NCBI GenBank assembly: GCA_022824965.1 | Contig: JAJDYY010000002.1 | Location: forward strand, 58,929 to 122,928 | Origin: Gammaproteobacteria bacterium | Lineage (GTDB): Bacteria; Pseudomonadota; Gammaproteobacteria; UBA4575 | Length of the DNA stretch: 64,000 nucleotides | Direction of reading: 5' to 3' | Shown: positions 49,046 to 60,727 of the stretch, piece by piece | How the letters are laid out: every line of letters begins with the position of its first letter | Position numbering within the stretch: the stretch's first letter is position 1 | Notes under the pieces: generated by a model | Database searches by the model: none | What the model saw: the letters and a program-made list of their open reading frames with translations, nothing else | Told to the model about the DNA's origin: nothing | Made by a program: the position numbers and the translations under genes

Positions 49046-50401
49046 CTACTCCTGCATGTTCTTGATGATTGCATCTCCAAAGCCTGAAGTGCTGACCAGG
49101 GTAGCACCTGGCATCAGTCGCTCAAGGTCTTCCTGAACCTCTTTTGAGGTTCCCGGCCGCCTTGCCCGGGTCTGGATTCCCGCCCGCGCACGCGCCAGGT
49201 CATATGTCACCGTCCTGGATGCAATTGCACCGGAAATTCCGGCAATCACCAGATCTGCAGCCTCTTTCCATCCCAGATGACGCAGCATCATTTCTGCAGA
49301 CAAGATGATGGACCCGGGATTCACCCGGTCCTTTCCGGCATGGGTGGGAGCAGTACCGTGCGTTGCCTCAAAGCAGGCCACATCGTCCGAGACATTCGCA
49401 CCAGGAGCAATTCCAATCCCCCCGACCTGGGCGGCCAGGGCATCGGAAATATAGTCTCCGTTCAGATTCAGGGTCGCGATCACCTCGTAGCTTTCCGGTT
49501 TCAGCAGGATTTGCTGCAGGAAATTGTCTGCAATGATGTCCTTGACGATGATGTCGCCGCCATTGTTCGGGTTCTTGATCTTGCACCAGGGACCTTCACC
49601 GATCACTTCGGCATTGAATTCGTTCAGCGCCAGTTCGTAACCCCAGTTTCGAAATGCCCCTTCCGTGAATTTCATGATGTTTCCCTTGTGCACAAGAGAG
49701 ACTGACTTGCGGTTGTTGTCGATCGCATACTGGATGGCTTTGCGGATCAAGCGAACGGAACCTTCTTTGGACACCGGCTTGATTCCGATGCCGGAGGTCT
49801 TGGGGAAGCGGATTTTTGAGACATGCATCTCTTCTCGCAGAAACTTGATGATTTTTTTCACTTCATCACTTTGCGCTTCCCATTCAATCCCGGCATAGAT
49901 GTCTTCAGTATTTTCCCGGAAGATCACCATGTCGGTCGTGCCCGAATCCTTCAACGGCGTGGGTGTCCCCGGGAAGTAACGAATCGGTCGCACACAGGCG
50001 AACAAGTCCAGCTTCTGCCGTATGGCCACGTTCAATGAGCGCATCCCCTCTCCCACGGGCGTTGCCAGAGGTCCCTTGATCGAAACCACATATTTCTTCA
50101 TCACTTCAAGGGTCTCGTCGGGCAGGTAATGGTGCTTGCCATACAGGCGTGCGGCCTTTTCACCTGCGTAGATTTCCATCCAGCTGATACGGCGCTTGCC
50201 GCCATAGGCCTGGTGGACGGCTGCGGTGACTACACGCCGCATGACCGGAGTGACATCCAGACCGATTCCATCACCTTCGATGAATGGGACGATCGGTTCG
50301 TCCGGAACATCCAGGCTCTTGTCCGGATTGAGCGTGATCGCCTCGCCCTCGGCGGGGACCTGGACATGTTCGTAGGGCTTGTGCTGCTGCATCATGCGCA
50401 C
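49046..50401 (-). CDS. icd: NADP-dependent isocitrate dehydrogenase
   Basis: [47 protein letters not shown]. Confidence 0.97.
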   Translation of the reverse strand: MRMMQQHKPYEHVQVPAEGEAITLNPDKSLDVPDEPIVPFIEGDGIGLDVTPVMRRVVTAAVHQAYGGKRRISWMEIYAGEKAARLYGKHHYLPDETLEVMKKYVVSIKGPLATPVGEGMRSLNVAIRQKLDLFACVRPIRYFPGTPTPLKDSGTTDMVIFRENTEDIYAGIEWEAQSDEVKKIIKFLREEMHVSKIRFPKTSGIGIKPVSKEGSVRLIRKAIQYAIDNNRKSVSLVHKGNIMKFTEGAFRNWGYELALNEFNAEVIGEGPWCKIKNPNNGGDIIVKDIIADNFLQQILLKPESYEVIATLNLNGDYISDALAAQVGGIGIAPGANVSDDVACFEATHGTAPTHAGKDRVNPGSIILSAEMMLRHLGWKEAADLVIAGISGAIASRTVTYDLARARAGIQTRARRPGTSKEVQEDLERLMPGATLVSTSGFGDAIIKNMQE

Positions 50402-50501
50402 TCAGGGAAATACCAACTGGTTCCTGATTATAACAAGACTCGGAAGTTCGACTGGCCCGGCCACGGCATACAGGCTCGTGGCCTGTTGCAAATAACGGCC
50501 G

Positions 50502-51800
50502 TTATTCCGCTTTGGAGTCAAACTGGCCCTCTTCCGTGGAACCGGTCAGGGCCGTTACAGAAGACTGGCCGCCCTGGATGGTCGTGGTTACATCGTCAAA
50601 GTAACCCGCACCCACTTCCTGCTGGTGACTGACGAAGGTGTAGCCGCGATCCCGTGCATCAAACTCCGGCTGCTGCACCATGTTCACATAGGCCGTCATG
50701 CCTTCCTTCGCATACCCGGCAGCGAGGTCAAACATGTGGTACCACATGTTGTGAATGCCGGCCAGGGTGATGAACTGGTACTTGTAGCCCATGGCACCTA
50801 GCTCACGCTGGAATTTTGCGATCGTGGCATCATCCAGGTTCTTCTTCCAGTTGAAGGAAGGCGAGCAGTTATAAGCAAGCAACTGCTCAGGATGCTCCTT
50901 GTGCACCCCGTCCGCAAAAGCCTTGGCAAACTCCAGGTCGGGCGTACCGGTTTCACACCAGACCAGGTCCGCATACTCGGCATACGCCACGCCCCGCGCC
51001 ACTGCCTGCTGCAGGCCATTGTTCACGCGCATGAAGCCTTCCGATGTTCGCTCTCCGGTCAAAAACGGCTTGTCCCGTTCATCAAAGTCCGAAGTCAGCA
51101 GATTGGCCGCCTCGGCGTCGGTGCGCCCGAGTATTACCGTGGGCACACCCATCACATCTGCAGCCAGGCGGGCTGCGTTGAGTTTCTGGCAGGCTTCCTG
51201 GGTAGGCACAAGCACCTTGCCGCCCATGTGGCCGCATTTTTTGACCGCGGCTAACTGGTCTTCGAAGTGCACACCGGCCGCCCCCGCCGTAATCATGTTC
51301 TTCATCAGTTCAAATGCATTCAGCACGCCACCGAAACCCGCCTCGGCATCGGCCACGATCGGAATAAAGTAATCGGTATCGTTCTCTCCGCGCGACCACT
51401 GGATTTCATCGGCACGCTTGAAGGCGTTGTTGATGCGCCGCACCACCGTGGGAACCGAGTCATACGCATAGAGCGACTGGTCCGGGTACATGGTTTCACT
51501 GGTATTGGCATCGGCCGCAACCTGCCATCCAGACAGGTAAATGGCCTTGATTCCAGCCTTGACCTGCTGCACCGCCTGACCGCCCGTCAATGCACCCAGG
51601 CAATTGATATAATCTTCCTCATTGACGAGTTTCCAAAGCTTCTCTGCACCATTTTTTGCAAGTGTGTGCTCTATTCGCAATGAGCCTCTCAAACGCACAA
51701 CGTCTTCAGCCGTATAGTCACGCCTGACATTTTTCCATCGAGGATTCGTGGCCCAGTCCTGTTCCAGTTCCTTGACCTGTTCAGCTCTACTATCACTCAC
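50502..51800 (-). CDS. aceA: Isocitrate lyase
   Basis: KKCGHMGGK signature, [15 protein letters not shown]. Confidence 0.98.
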   Translation of the reverse strand: MSDSRAEQVKELEQDWATNPRWKNVRRDYTAEDVVRLRGSLRIEHTLAKNGAEKLWKLVNEEDYINCLGALTGGQAVQQVKAGIKAIYLSGWQVAADANTSETMYPDQSLYAYDSVPTVVRRINNAFKRADEIQWSRGENDTDYFIPIVADAEAGFGGVLNAFELMKNMITAGAAGVHFEDQLAAVKKCGHMGGKVLVPTQEACQKLNAARLAADVMGVPTVILGRTDAEAANLLTSDFDERDKPFLTGERTSEGFMRVNNGLQQAVARGVAYAEYADLVWCETGTPDLEFAKAFADGVHKEHPEQLLAYNCSPSFNWKKNLDDATIAKFQRELGAMGYKYQFITLAGIHNMWYHMFDLAAGYAKEGMTAYVNMVQQPEFDARDRGYTFVSHQQEVGAGYFDDVTTTIQGGQSSVTALTGSTEEGQFDSKAE

Positions 51801-51951
51801 AACAGCGCCTCCTTATGAAGCTCTTAGAAATCATTCAAATACAACTATTGACCCAAGAATTAAAGCCAATACTCAAGCGGGAAGTGTATACTATCAGATA
51901 CCAATTTGAAGTCACTACTAAATTCGCCCTGTACTCAAATTGTGCTCCCCC

Positions 51952-52440
51952 ATGACGATCAACACCGCTGACCTCTGCGACGCACATGAATCCAGCATCG
52001 CTGTTGCCGAGCCCCTGTTTCGGGACTTCGGGGGAATAGAATCCTTTCACGGGGAAATCTCGACCGTAAAGTGTTTCGAAGACAACTCGCTTGTCCGTGA
52101 AGCCCTCAGAAGCCCCGGCGCGGGACAGGTCCTGGTCATCGACGGTGCAGGTTCAAGGCGAAGGGCGCTGGTCGGCGACTTGCTGGCCCAGGCCGGTGCG
52201 GAAAATCAGTGGGCAGGGATCGTGGTGTTCGGGTGCATCAGGGATTCACAAGTCATCTCGACCATTCCGATCGGCTGCAAGGCGCTCGCTACCGTACCTC
52301 TCAAGACTGAGAAGAAAGGTGCAGGGGAAAAGAATGTTCCGGTACATTTTGCGAACGTGGATTTTGTTCCGGGCCACTTCCTGTATGCAGACAAGGACGG
52401 GATCATCGTAAGCGAGAAAAACCTAGCTCCTTCTCCCTGA
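51952..52440 (+). CDS. rraA: RraA/MenG family protein
   Basis: TADLCD, KCFEDN, VLVIDG.G, GCIRD, YAD.DG motifs. Confidence 0.92.
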   Translation: MTINTADLCDAHESSIAVAEPLFRDFGGIESFHGEISTVKCFEDNSLVREALRSPGAGQVLVIDGAGSRRRALVGDLLAQAGAENQWAGIVVFGCIRDSQVISTIPIGCKALATVPLKTEKKGAGEKNVPVHFANVDFVPGHFLYADKDGIIVSEKNLAPSP

Positions 52441-52452
52441 CTGGACTTCGGT

Positions 52453-53409
52453 ATGGAACCCGTCCTGCGCGAGTACGATGCCGGCATCACCTGTATTGAC
52501 ACGATGCTGCTGCAACCGGGTCGTGCGGCCTGCTACCTGCTGGTCCAGGATGGATGCGCTGCCTTCATCGATACCGGCACCAGCCACACGGTACCGTTCC
52601 TGCTCAAGACGCTGGAACTGAAAGACATCCCTCGCCAGGCCGTCGAATACGTCATCCCCACCCACGTACATCTGGATCATGCAGGGGGCGCAGGCAAGCT
52701 CATGGAGCAGTTGCCGAATGCGACTCTGGTGATTCATCCGCGCGGCGCGCCTCACATGGTTGACCCGTCCAGGCTGGTCATGGGTGCGACCGAAGTGTAC
52801 GGGGAGCACAGGTTCCGGGAACACTTTGGTGAAATCCGGGCCATTGATGAGCAGCGCGTGATGGTGGCTGAAGACCAGTCCAGCCTGAGTCTTGCTGACC
52901 GGACACTGGTCTTCTTGCATACACCGGGGCATGCCTATCACCACTTCTGTATCCATGACGAGACCAGTAACGGAATTTTTGCCGGGGACACCTTCGGGCT
53001 TTCATACACGGAACTGGACGATGAGAACGGGGCTTTCATCATGCCGACCACCACGCCGGTGCAGTTCGACCCGCAAGCATGGCAGGATTCCCTGACCCGC
53101 TTGCTCGATTATCACCCAGGAAACATGTACCTCACCCACTTCGGGCGCGTGAGCGAGGTCAACCGCCTGGCACAGGAACTGAGCCAGGACATCGAAAGTT
53201 ACGCGAGTATCGCCCGCCAGCACATGCATAAATCCGGCCGCAAGGCGAAAATCCATGCATCACTGACCGAGTATCTGCGCAAACGGTTAAGCGAGCGAAA
53301 AACCCCTGAAGAGGTTGATCGGCTGACGGAGTTCCTGCAGTACGACCTGCAACTGAATACGGCAGGACTTGAGGTATGGCTACAAAGACTGGAAAGGCGT
53401 TCCAACTGA
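52453..53409 (+). CDS. MBL-fold metallo-hydrolase
   Basis: THVHLDHAGG, TPGHA.HH, GD.FG, THFG motifs. Confidence 0.9.
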   Translation: MEPVLREYDAGITCIDTMLLQPGRAACYLLVQDGCAAFIDTGTSHTVPFLLKTLELKDIPRQAVEYVIPTHVHLDHAGGAGKLMEQLPNATLVIHPRGAPHMVDPSRLVMGATEVYGEHRFREHFGEIRAIDEQRVMVAEDQSSLSLADRTLVFLHTPGHAYHHFCIHDETSNGIFAGDTFGLSYTELDDENGAFIMPTTTPVQFDPQAWQDSLTRLLDYHPGNMYLTHFGRVSEVNRLAQELSQDIESYASIARQHMHKSGRKAKIHASLTEYLRKRLSERKTPEEVDRLTEFLQYDLQLNTAGLEVWLQRLERRSN

Positions 53410-53455
53410 TCCACCCGGCCAGCAGGTGTTTTCTGCCAGTACCGTTTGAACACGT

Positions 53456-53911
53456 CTACCTGCCACGACGATTCTTGAAGAAATCTCTCAGCAACTGACT
53501 GCATTCCGGCTCCAGCACACCGCCCGTCACCTCGACAGCATGGTTGTGCCTCGGATCGGCCAGCAGGTCAAATACCGAACCCGATGCCCCGGTCTTGGGG
53601 TCATGCGCGCCGAACACAAGGCGTTTGATCCTGGCATGCAGCATGGCTCCGACACACATCACGCAGGGTTCCAGCGTTACGAACAGCGTGGCATCGGGCA
53701 GGCGGTAGTTGTTGAAATGTTTTGCAGCAGCACGCATGGCGACGACTTCGGCATGTGCGCTGGGGTCGATGTCCGTGATTGAGCGGTTGCAGCCCTGACC
53801 GACGATTTGGTCTTGATAGACGACGACTGCGCCAACCGGCACTTCCTGGCCTGCCTCGGCACGGCGTGCCAGCCGGAGCGCCTCATGCATCCAGTGTTCG
53901 TTGCTGGTCAA
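53456..53911 (-). CDS. tadA: tRNA adenosine(34) deaminase
   Basis: EVPVGA, HAE, TLEPCVMC motifs; start uncertain. Confidence 0.93.
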   Translation of the reverse strand: MTSNEHWMHEALRLARRAEAGQEVPVGAVVVYQDQIVGQGCNRSITDIDPSAHAEVVAMRAAAKHFNNYRLPDATLFVTLEPCVMCVGAMLHARIKRLVFGAHDPKTGASGSVFDLLADPRHNHAVEVTGGVLEPECSQLLRDFFKNRRGR

Positions 53912-53948
53912 GGAGGAGACTACCGGTTCCAACGCACGCCCGATGTGA

Positions 53949-55523
53949 CTATTCCCACTCGATGGTCGCAGGTGGTTTCCCAGAAATATCGTAGGTGACC
54001 CTGGAGATCCCATGGACTTCGTTGATGATGCGCCTGGAGACGTGATCCAGGAAATCGTACGGCAACTGGGCCCAGTGCGCGGTCATGAAGTCCGTCGTTT
54101 CAACGGCACGCAATGCTACTACGTAGTCGTACTTCCTGCCATCGCCCATCACACCCACTGACCTGACTGGCAGGAATACCGCGAAGGCCTGCGCGACCTG
54201 ATCATACAAATCGTGCTTCCGGAGTTCGTTGATGAAAATATCATCCACCCGTTGCAGCATTTGCACGTAGTCTGGCTTGACCTCGCCCAGGATGCGAACA
54301 CCCAGGCCCGGACCCGGGAAAGGGTGGCGGAAAACAATCTCACGAGGCAGCCCGAGTTCCAGACCAATCTTGCGGACTTCATCCTTGAACAACTCCTTCA
54401 GGGGTTCGATGAGTTTCAGGTCCATTTGTGCCGGCAAGCCTGCAACGTTGTGGTGGGACTTGATCAGGTCTGCCTTCCCGGTCGCAGCACCTGCCGATTC
54501 AATGACGTCCGGATAGATCGTTCCCTGTGCCAGCCATTTCACATTACTGATCTTTTTTGCTTCGGCCTCGAAGATCCTGATAAAAAGGTTGCCGATGATG
54601 ACCCGTTTCTGCTCAGGGTCGACGATGCCTTCAAGCGCATCGAAATACTGCTTACTGGCATTCACACGGATGACCTGTACACCGGAATGTCCGGCAAATG
54701 CCTGCATGACCTGATCACCTTCGTTGAGTCGCAAAAGGCCCGTGTCTACAAAAATACAGGTCAGCTGATCAGGAATGGCACGGCTCAGCAAAGCCGCGAC
54801 CACGGACGAGTCCACACCACCGGACAAGGCGAGCAACACCCGGTCGGAGCCTACCTGACTGCGAATCTGGTCCACTGATTCATGGATGACATTTGCAGCG
54901 GTCCAGCTGGTACCACAACCACAAATCCTGTTCACAAACCGCTCCAGGATCTGCCTGCCCTGTCGGGTATGGGTGACTTCCGGATGAAACTGCAAACCGA
55001 ACAGTTTTTCCTGTTCATTTGCGATCGCGGCGATCGGTGATCCCGCGCTGCTGCCGATCACTTCAAATCCGTCTGGCAGCTTTACGACACGATCCCCGTG
55101 CGACATCCAGACATCGAGAATATTGATGCCATTTTGTATTTCGTTGTCACTGATGCCCTCCAGCAATTCGGACTTGGCTTCCACCGTCACCTGGGCATAG
55201 CCGAATTCTCGCTGGCCGGAAACCTCGACCTCGCCCCCCATCTGCTTGGCCATGGCCTGCATGCCGTAACAGATACCCAGTACCGGAACGCCCTGTTCCA
55301 GAACCGGCGAGATCGTATCGCAGGCATGATCCGTTGTGACGGATTCCGGCCCGCCCGACAGCACGATGCCTTTTGCATGGAAGTCCGTGATTTTCTCTCT
55401 GGATGCATCCCACGGGTAAATTTCGCAATAGGTGCCAAGCTCACGGATTCGCCTGGCAATGAGTTGTGTGTACTGAGACCCGAAATCGAGTATCAACACC
55501 CTGTCTGCCCGGATATCAGCCAT
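53949..55523 (-). CDS. guaA: GMP synthase
   Basis: [31 protein letters not shown]. Confidence 0.98.
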   Translation of the reverse strand: MADIRADRVLILDFGSQYTQLIARRIRELGTYCEIYPWDASREKITDFHAKGIVLSGGPESVTTDHACDTISPVLEQGVPVLGICYGMQAMAKQMGGEVEVSGQREFGYAQVTVEAKSELLEGISDNEIQNGINILDVWMSHGDRVVKLPDGFEVIGSSAGSPIAAIANEQEKLFGLQFHPEVTHTRQGRQILERFVNRICGCGTSWTAANVIHESVDQIRSQVGSDRVLLALSGGVDSSVVAALLSRAIPDQLTCIFVDTGLLRLNEGDQVMQAFAGHSGVQVIRVNASKQYFDALEGIVDPEQKRVIIGNLFIRIFEAEAKKISNVKWLAQGTIYPDVIESAGAATGKADLIKSHHNVAGLPAQMDLKLIEPLKELFKDEVRKIGLELGLPREIVFRHPFPGPGLGVRILGEVKPDYVQMLQRVDDIFINELRKHDLYDQVAQAFAVFLPVRSVGVMGDGRKYDYVVALRAVETTDFMTAHWAQLPYDFLDHVSRRIINEVHGISRVTYDISGKPPATIEWE

Positions 55524-55573
55524 TGCCTGTCATCAACAAAACTGGGGCATGCATGTACTGAACGCCCGACCTG

Positions 55574-57031
55574 TCATTCAAGGTGATAATTGGGAGCTTC
55601 CTTGGTAATGGTCACATCATGTACGTGGCTCTCGCGTATTCCGGCCGACGAGATTCTTACGAACTCCGGGCGGGTCCGCATTTCCTCGATATCGGTGCAT
55701 CCGACATAACCCATGCTGGAACGCAGGCCGCCTAGAAGCTGCTGGATGATGGTGACAACGGTACCCTTGTACGGTACGCGTCCCTCGATTCCCTCGGGCA
55801 CGTATTTTCCCTTGGTAAAATCCTCACCCTGGAAGTAGCGATCCCCGGACCCCATCTGCATCGCTGACAACGAACCCATGCCGCGATAGGTCTTGTACGA
55901 ACGTCCCTGATAGAGTTCAACTTCTCCCGGTGCCTCTTTTGTGCCCGCAAACAAGCCGCCCACCATCACCGTATCGGCACCTGCCGCAATGGCTTTGGCA
56001 ACATCTCCCGAATAGCGAATGCCGCCGTCAGCGATGATCGGAACCTCGGACTGGATGGCCTGGTGAACATTGTTCACCGCACTGATCTGTGGAACGCCCA
56101 CTCCGGCCACGATCCTTGTCGTACAGATCGAGCCTGGCCCGATCCCCACCTTTACTGCATCCGCACCCGCATCAATCAGGCCTTTAGCGGCTTCCCCGGT
56201 AGCGATATTCCCGCCAATCACCTGAATCCCCGGGTAATTCTCCTTGATCCACCGGACGCGATCGAATACTGCCTGGGAGTGCCCATGGGCAGTATCCACT
56301 ACGATAACATCCGCGCCCGCCTGCACCAGCTTTTCCACGCGCAGATCGGTATCCGGCCCGACACCCACGGCGGCACCCACCAGCAGGCGTCCTTCACCGT
56401 CCTTGCAGGCATGGGGGAAGTCTGTCGACTTTTGAATATCCTTCACTGTGATCAGCCCGCGCAGCTTGAATTCATCGTTGACGACCAAAACCTTCTCAAT
56501 GCGGTGTTCATGCAACAGGCTCTTGATTTCTTCTGTCTCGGCACCTTCCTTGACGGTGACCAGATTCTCCCGTTGGGTCATGATTTTCGACACGGGTTCA
56601 TCCCTGCGCGTTTCAAACCGCAAATCACGGCTGGTAACAATGCCGACGAGCGACTCACCTACGACCACCGGGACTCCCGAAATGTTTTTCTCCCGGGTAA
56701 GTTCGAGTACTTCCCCGATACTGCTGTCAGGGTCTACACAGATCGGATCCTTGATGACCCCACTTTCATACTTCTTGACCATTCGAACTTCATCCGCCTG
56801 CCCCGCAATCGGCAGGTTTTTGTGGATCACGCCAAGGCCGCCTTCCTGGGCCAGCGAGATGGCCAAACGGCCTTCAGTCACCGTGTCCATGGCAGATGAA
56901 AGTAAAGGGATATTGAGGGAAAGGTCGCGGGTCAGTCGCGTGCCGAGATCGACATCGCGCGGTAACACGCTGGAGTGGGCTGGTATTAGGGAAACATCAT
57001 CAAATGTCAACGCGTCATATTTGATTTGCAT
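55574..57031 (-). CDS. guaB: IMP dehydrogenase
   Basis: LTFDDV, CBS pair, [17 protein letters not shown]. Confidence 0.98.
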   Translation of the reverse strand: MQIKYDALTFDDVSLIPAHSSVLPRDVDLGTRLTRDLSLNIPLLSSAMDTVTEGRLAISLAQEGGLGVIHKNLPIAGQADEVRMVKKYESGVIKDPICVDPDSSIGEVLELTREKNISGVPVVVGESLVGIVTSRDLRFETRRDEPVSKIMTQRENLVTVKEGAETEEIKSLLHEHRIEKVLVVNDEFKLRGLITVKDIQKSTDFPHACKDGEGRLLVGAAVGVGPDTDLRVEKLVQAGADVIVVDTAHGHSQAVFDRVRWIKENYPGIQVIGGNIATGEAAKGLIDAGADAVKVGIGPGSICTTRIVAGVGVPQISAVNNVHQAIQSEVPIIADGGIRYSGDVAKAIAAGADTVMVGGLFAGTKEAPGEVELYQGRSYKTYRGMGSLSAMQMGSGDRYFQGEDFTKGKYVPEGIEGRVPYKGTVVTIIQQLLGGLRSSMGYVGCTDIEEMRTRPEFVRISSAGIRESHVHDVTITKEAPNYHLE

Positions 57032-57146
57032 GAGTAGTCCTGCGCCTTGAGGGGCGGTTTATTATAGGGACTGCATATTTCGCGGTAAACTGATTAATAT
57101 TAACCGAATACAAGCCTGCCAAGACAACACAGTCAATCCTCCCCAC

Positions 57147-58499
57147 ATGGATCACGCGCCCTCAGTTTCCGACACCACAGAAAGACAGGTGTACTCCGTC
57201 AGCCAGCTCAATCGGGAAGTCAGGCAGTTATTGCTGCAGAGCCTGCCCCAGATCTGGCTGGAAGGGGAGCTTTCCAATGTTGCCCGGCCCGCATCCGGGC
57301 ATTTGTATTTCTTGCTGAAGGATGAGCAGGCACAAGTGCGCGGCGTGATGTTCAGCCGGGCCAACCGCTCACTGCCCTTTCAGCCCAGGGACGGAATGCA
57401 CGTTCTGGTCAGGGCAAGTGTCTCGCTGTACGAGCCTCGCGGACAATACCAGCTGACCGTAGAACACATGGAAGAGGCCGGTGTGGGGATTTTGCAGCGC
57501 CGGTATGAAGCACTGAAACGCAAGCTCAGCGAAGAGGGGTTGTTCGATTCCGAACACAAGCAGGCCTTGCCCAGATTTCCCAGGACGCTTTGCGTGGTCA
57601 CCTCGGCAACCGGGGCTGCGATACGGGACATTCTCAGCGTACTGGCCCGCAGATTTCCTCCGCTCACTGTGCGAATTTATGCCATTCCGGTACAGGGGGA
57701 GGCTTCAGCAGCTGCTGTGGTCGATGCCATACAGACAATCAATCAGGACAGGCACGGTGATGTCATTATTCTGGCACGGGGAGGCGGCTCGATAGAGGAC
57801 CTCTGGTCATTCAACGAAGAGGCCGTAGCCCGTGCCATTTTCACTTCCCAATTACCGGTCGTGACCGGAATTGGACACGAAGTCGATTTCACGATCGCCG
57901 ATTTTGTCGCGGACTTGCGTGCACCAACCCCTTCGGCAGCAGCCGAGCTTGTCGTACCCCATTCCGGCGAAATCCTCGAAGCCCTGAGTCAACTTCGGGA
58001 ATCCATGAGCTACCTGGTCCACACGGCTGCGGCCAACCTGCATCAGACTCTCGACTGGATGAAACAACGACTTGAGCACCTGCACCCCAGACAGACTGTA
58101 CAAAGAAACATGCAGCTTCTTGTTGAATTGGCCAGACGTGCGGAGAATGCAACAAAGCTTGAACATTCCTATCAGGACAATGGATTAATCAGCCTGCAAG
58201 CCCGGCTGGGAAGGCTGTCGCCTGAACTCCAGATCAATAAATCCCGTGTTCGGCTCACACACCTGCATACGCAACTGAACCATCTGCTATGTATCAAGAA
58301 GGAGCAAGCCGAACATGAGCTGGAAGCACTTGCCCGCGCCCTGGAAACGGCAAGCCCGCATGCCACCCTGAATCGCGGCTACTCCATTGTGACGCTGGAG
58401 AAAAGCGGTCGGGTCCTGCACGATGCCGCCGAGGCAGTGCTGGATGAAAGAATCCAGGTCCAACTGGCCAAGGGACGTTTCTCGGCCCGCGTAGAGTAA
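57147..58499 (+). CDS. xseA: Exodeoxyribonuclease VII large subunit
   Basis: GE.SN, SGH.YF.LKD, RGGGS.EDL, GHE.D, TPSAAAE; divergent from guaB. Confidence 0.96.
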   Translation: MDHAPSVSDTTERQVYSVSQLNREVRQLLLQSLPQIWLEGELSNVARPASGHLYFLLKDEQAQVRGVMFSRANRSLPFQPRDGMHVLVRASVSLYEPRGQYQLTVEHMEEAGVGILQRRYEALKRKLSEEGLFDSEHKQALPRFPRTLCVVTSATGAAIRDILSVLARRFPPLTVRIYAIPVQGEASAAAVVDAIQTINQDRHGDVIILARGGGSIEDLWSFNEEAVARAIFTSQLPVVTGIGHEVDFTIADFVADLRAPTPSAAAELVVPHSGEILEALSQLRESMSYLVHTAAANLHQTLDWMKQRLEHLHPRQTVQRNMQLLVELARRAENATKLEHSYQDNGLISLQARLGRLSPELQINKSRVRLTHLHTQLNHLLCIKKEQAEHELEALARALETASPHATLNRGYSIVTLEKSGRVLHDAAEAVLDERIQVQLAKGRFSARVE

Positions 58500-58622
58500 A
58501 TTTTTACGCTTTCTGCCCCCTCGCGCTGGCAATCATTCGCCACGGCGAATTTCAATGCCAAGAGTTCTTGCCAGACAGCTTATTATCTGGTATCTAGGCG
58601 CTTGGTTTTAACCGAGAGTCCC

Positions 58623-59537
58623 ATGGTCGCTAAAAAAACAGCCAGCCGAAAAAAAGCCGCGAACAGGAAAAAGTCGGCTGCCGGAAAACGAACGGTCGCC
58701 CGAAAGGCAGTCACTCGCAAAGCAACGGCTAAAAAGAAAACAGCTGTCAAGCGCACAAGCCCAGCGAAGAAAAGAACAGCACCCAAGCGGAAAACGGCTG
58801 CCAAAAGAAAATCAGCAACCACCAAAAAGACACCTGCGAAAAAGCGCACCGCGGCCAAAAAGTCGGTAACCCGGAAATCCGCAGCCAAAAAGAAAACCCC
58901 GGTTAGAAAAACGGCCGCCGCAGCTAAAAGACGGCCCGTTGCCAAAAAGAAAGTTGCGCCCAAGCGGAAAACGGCCGTCAAGAAAAAGGCGCCTGCAAAC
59001 CGAAAGGCTGTTGCCAAAAAACAGGCTTCTGCGAAATCCGGTTTGGAAAAAACCCATCTCATCAAGGAAGCAAAGAAGAAAAAACGTATCGAGCTGCTAA
59101 AGAAAAAACGTGCCGCCGTTGATTTACCTGTAGAAGGTGTTCCGGTGTACACCATGCACAGGGGTGAAAGTTACATGAGCCCCAACCAGCTCGAACATTT
59201 CCGCTCAAAATTGCTGCAGTGGAAGCAGGATCTTCTCGATGAGGTCAGCCGTACTGTCGATCACATGAAAAAAGATGCAAGCCAGTTTGCCGACCCGGCA
59301 GACCGGGCAACGCAAGAAGAAGAGTTCAGTCTGGAACTACGGACACGCGACCGTGAAGGAAAGCTGGTTCGAAAAATCAACCAGACCCTGGCTTCGATCG
59401 ATGCAGATGAATACGGTTACTGCGAGTCCTGCGGTGTAGAAATCGGGATAGAAAGGCTGGAAGCGCGCCCCACGGCCACCCTGTGCATTGACTGTAAGAC
59501 GCTGCAGGAAATCAAGGAAAAACAGAGCTTTACATAA
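58623..59537 (+). CDS. dksA: DksA with long Lys/Ala-rich histone H1-like N-terminal extension
   Basis: YM...QLEHF, DPADRA coiled-coil tip, CESC..CIDC zinc finger; ~140 aa K/A/R/T repeats upstream in frame. Confidence 0.93.
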   Translation: MVAKKTASRKKAANRKKSAAGKRTVARKAVTRKATAKKKTAVKRTSPAKKRTAPKRKTAAKRKSATTKKTPAKKRTAAKKSVTRKSAAKKKTPVRKTAAAAKRRPVAKKKVAPKRKTAVKKKAPANRKAVAKKQASAKSGLEKTHLIKEAKKKKRIELLKKKRAAVDLPVEGVPVYTMHRGESYMSPNQLEHFRSKLLQWKQDLLDEVSRTVDHMKKDASQFADPADRATQEEEFSLELRTRDREGKLVRKINQTLASIDADEYGYCESCGVEIGIERLEARPTATLCIDCKTLQEIKEKQSFT

Positions 59538-59629
59538 CTAAATTCCAGTTTTGTAAAGCCTGGAGCTAGGTATGGCCTGCACGTCTCGGGTAGAGAGCTG
59601 AGTCACTTCTTCCAGCAAACCATGCGAGC

Positions 59630-60727
59630 CTAGTCTGTGCTGCGTCCCCCGGGCATCGTGCTTGCATCCAGGAACTTGTCAAAGAAAATATTTTCCTTTT
59701 TCATTCCCTGCGCAACCATCACTTCAATCGCCGCATCAATCATGGGTGGCGGTCCGCACAGATAGCCCTGCGACTCACTCAAGGACAGTTTCCCGGTCTC
59801 TACGTAGGCCGATTTGAGGTAATCTGTCACCAGCCCTCGTGCGCCTTGCCAGTCACTGTCCTCGGGTTCCATGTTCAGGACGGGGACGAATTCAAACGAG
59901 CTGTCCGGATTCCATTTCGAGCCGATTTCTTTCATTTCTGCTAGGCAATACAGGTCTTTCTGGGTCCTGGCACCGAACAGAAACAGACAGTCCCGCGTGA
60001 TCTGTTCATTCACCGCAGACTCCAGAATTGCCTTGATGGAACTGATTCCACTGCCCCCTGCGATACAGACTATCGGTGCCGGCTCCGGACGTAACCAGAA
60101 ATGGCCGTATGGTCCCGCTACGGTGACCTTCGCATCGGTGCGGTCTTCCTTGAACAGCCATTCTGTAAACTCACCCCCTGGGACCAGACGAACAAAAAAA
60201 GTCATTTCGTTGTCTGCCTCATTTTCAGGCGCCTTGGCAAATGAGTAGGACCGCGGACTGCTGAGGCCTGACACACTGATCTCAGCATACTGACCCGCAA
60301 TCCCGCTGCGTTGTGGTAACGGATACAGGGACTGTACGACAATCTCCTTGATGTCATGCGTCAAGTCCGTAATACGAACAAGCTGCCCCTCAAAGCTGAC
60401 GACCTGGTGGGCATGCGATGCATCCTCCAGTTCAACCTCAACTTCAATGTCGGTTTTCAGTCGGGTCTGACACGCAAGAATCCAGCCTTCCTTCAGCTGA
60501 TCAGGGTCAAGGACATAGGTAAAATCAGTCAAAGACTTGGTTTTACCGCTTTTCAGAATACATTTACAGGAAGTACAGCTTCCTACGCGGCAGTCATGTG
60601 GCCAGGGGATTCCCAGTTCCAAGGCTGCATTCAGCAAATTGTCCCCAGCCTTTACTGTAAACCGGTGCTCTCCGGAATTGATATCCGCTTGCCGGTCTTT
60701 ATTGCTGCTGCCAAAAAATTTAAACAT
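59630..60727 (-). CDS. [2Fe-2S]/FAD/NAD(P) oxygenase reductase (XylA-like)
   Basis: PHDCRVGSCTSC..LACQ, RSYS, GPYG, AGGSG, YLCGPP, FDKF. Confidence 0.9.
   Translation of the reverse strand: MFKFFGSSNKDRQADINSGEHRFTVKAGDNLLNAALELGIPWPHDCRVGSCTSCKCILKSGKTKSLTDFTYVLDPDQLKEGWILACQTRLKTDIEVEVELEDASHAHQVVSFEGQLVRITDLTHDIKEIVVQSLYPLPQRSGIAGQYAEISVSGLSSPRSYSFAKAPENEADNEMTFFVRLVPGGEFTEWLFKEDRTDAKVTVAGPYGHFWLRPEPAPIVCIAGGSGISSIKAILESAVNEQITRDCLFLFGARTQKDLYCLAEMKEIGSKWNPDSSFEFVPVLNMEPEDSDWQGARGLVTDYLKSAYVETGKLSLSESQGYLCGPPPMIDAAIEVMVAQGMKKENIFFDKFLDASTMPGGRSTD

Noticed and set aside
58583-59155. 190-aa hydrophobic minus-strand ORF
   Set aside because: Antisense shadow of the Lys/Ala repeats of dksA.
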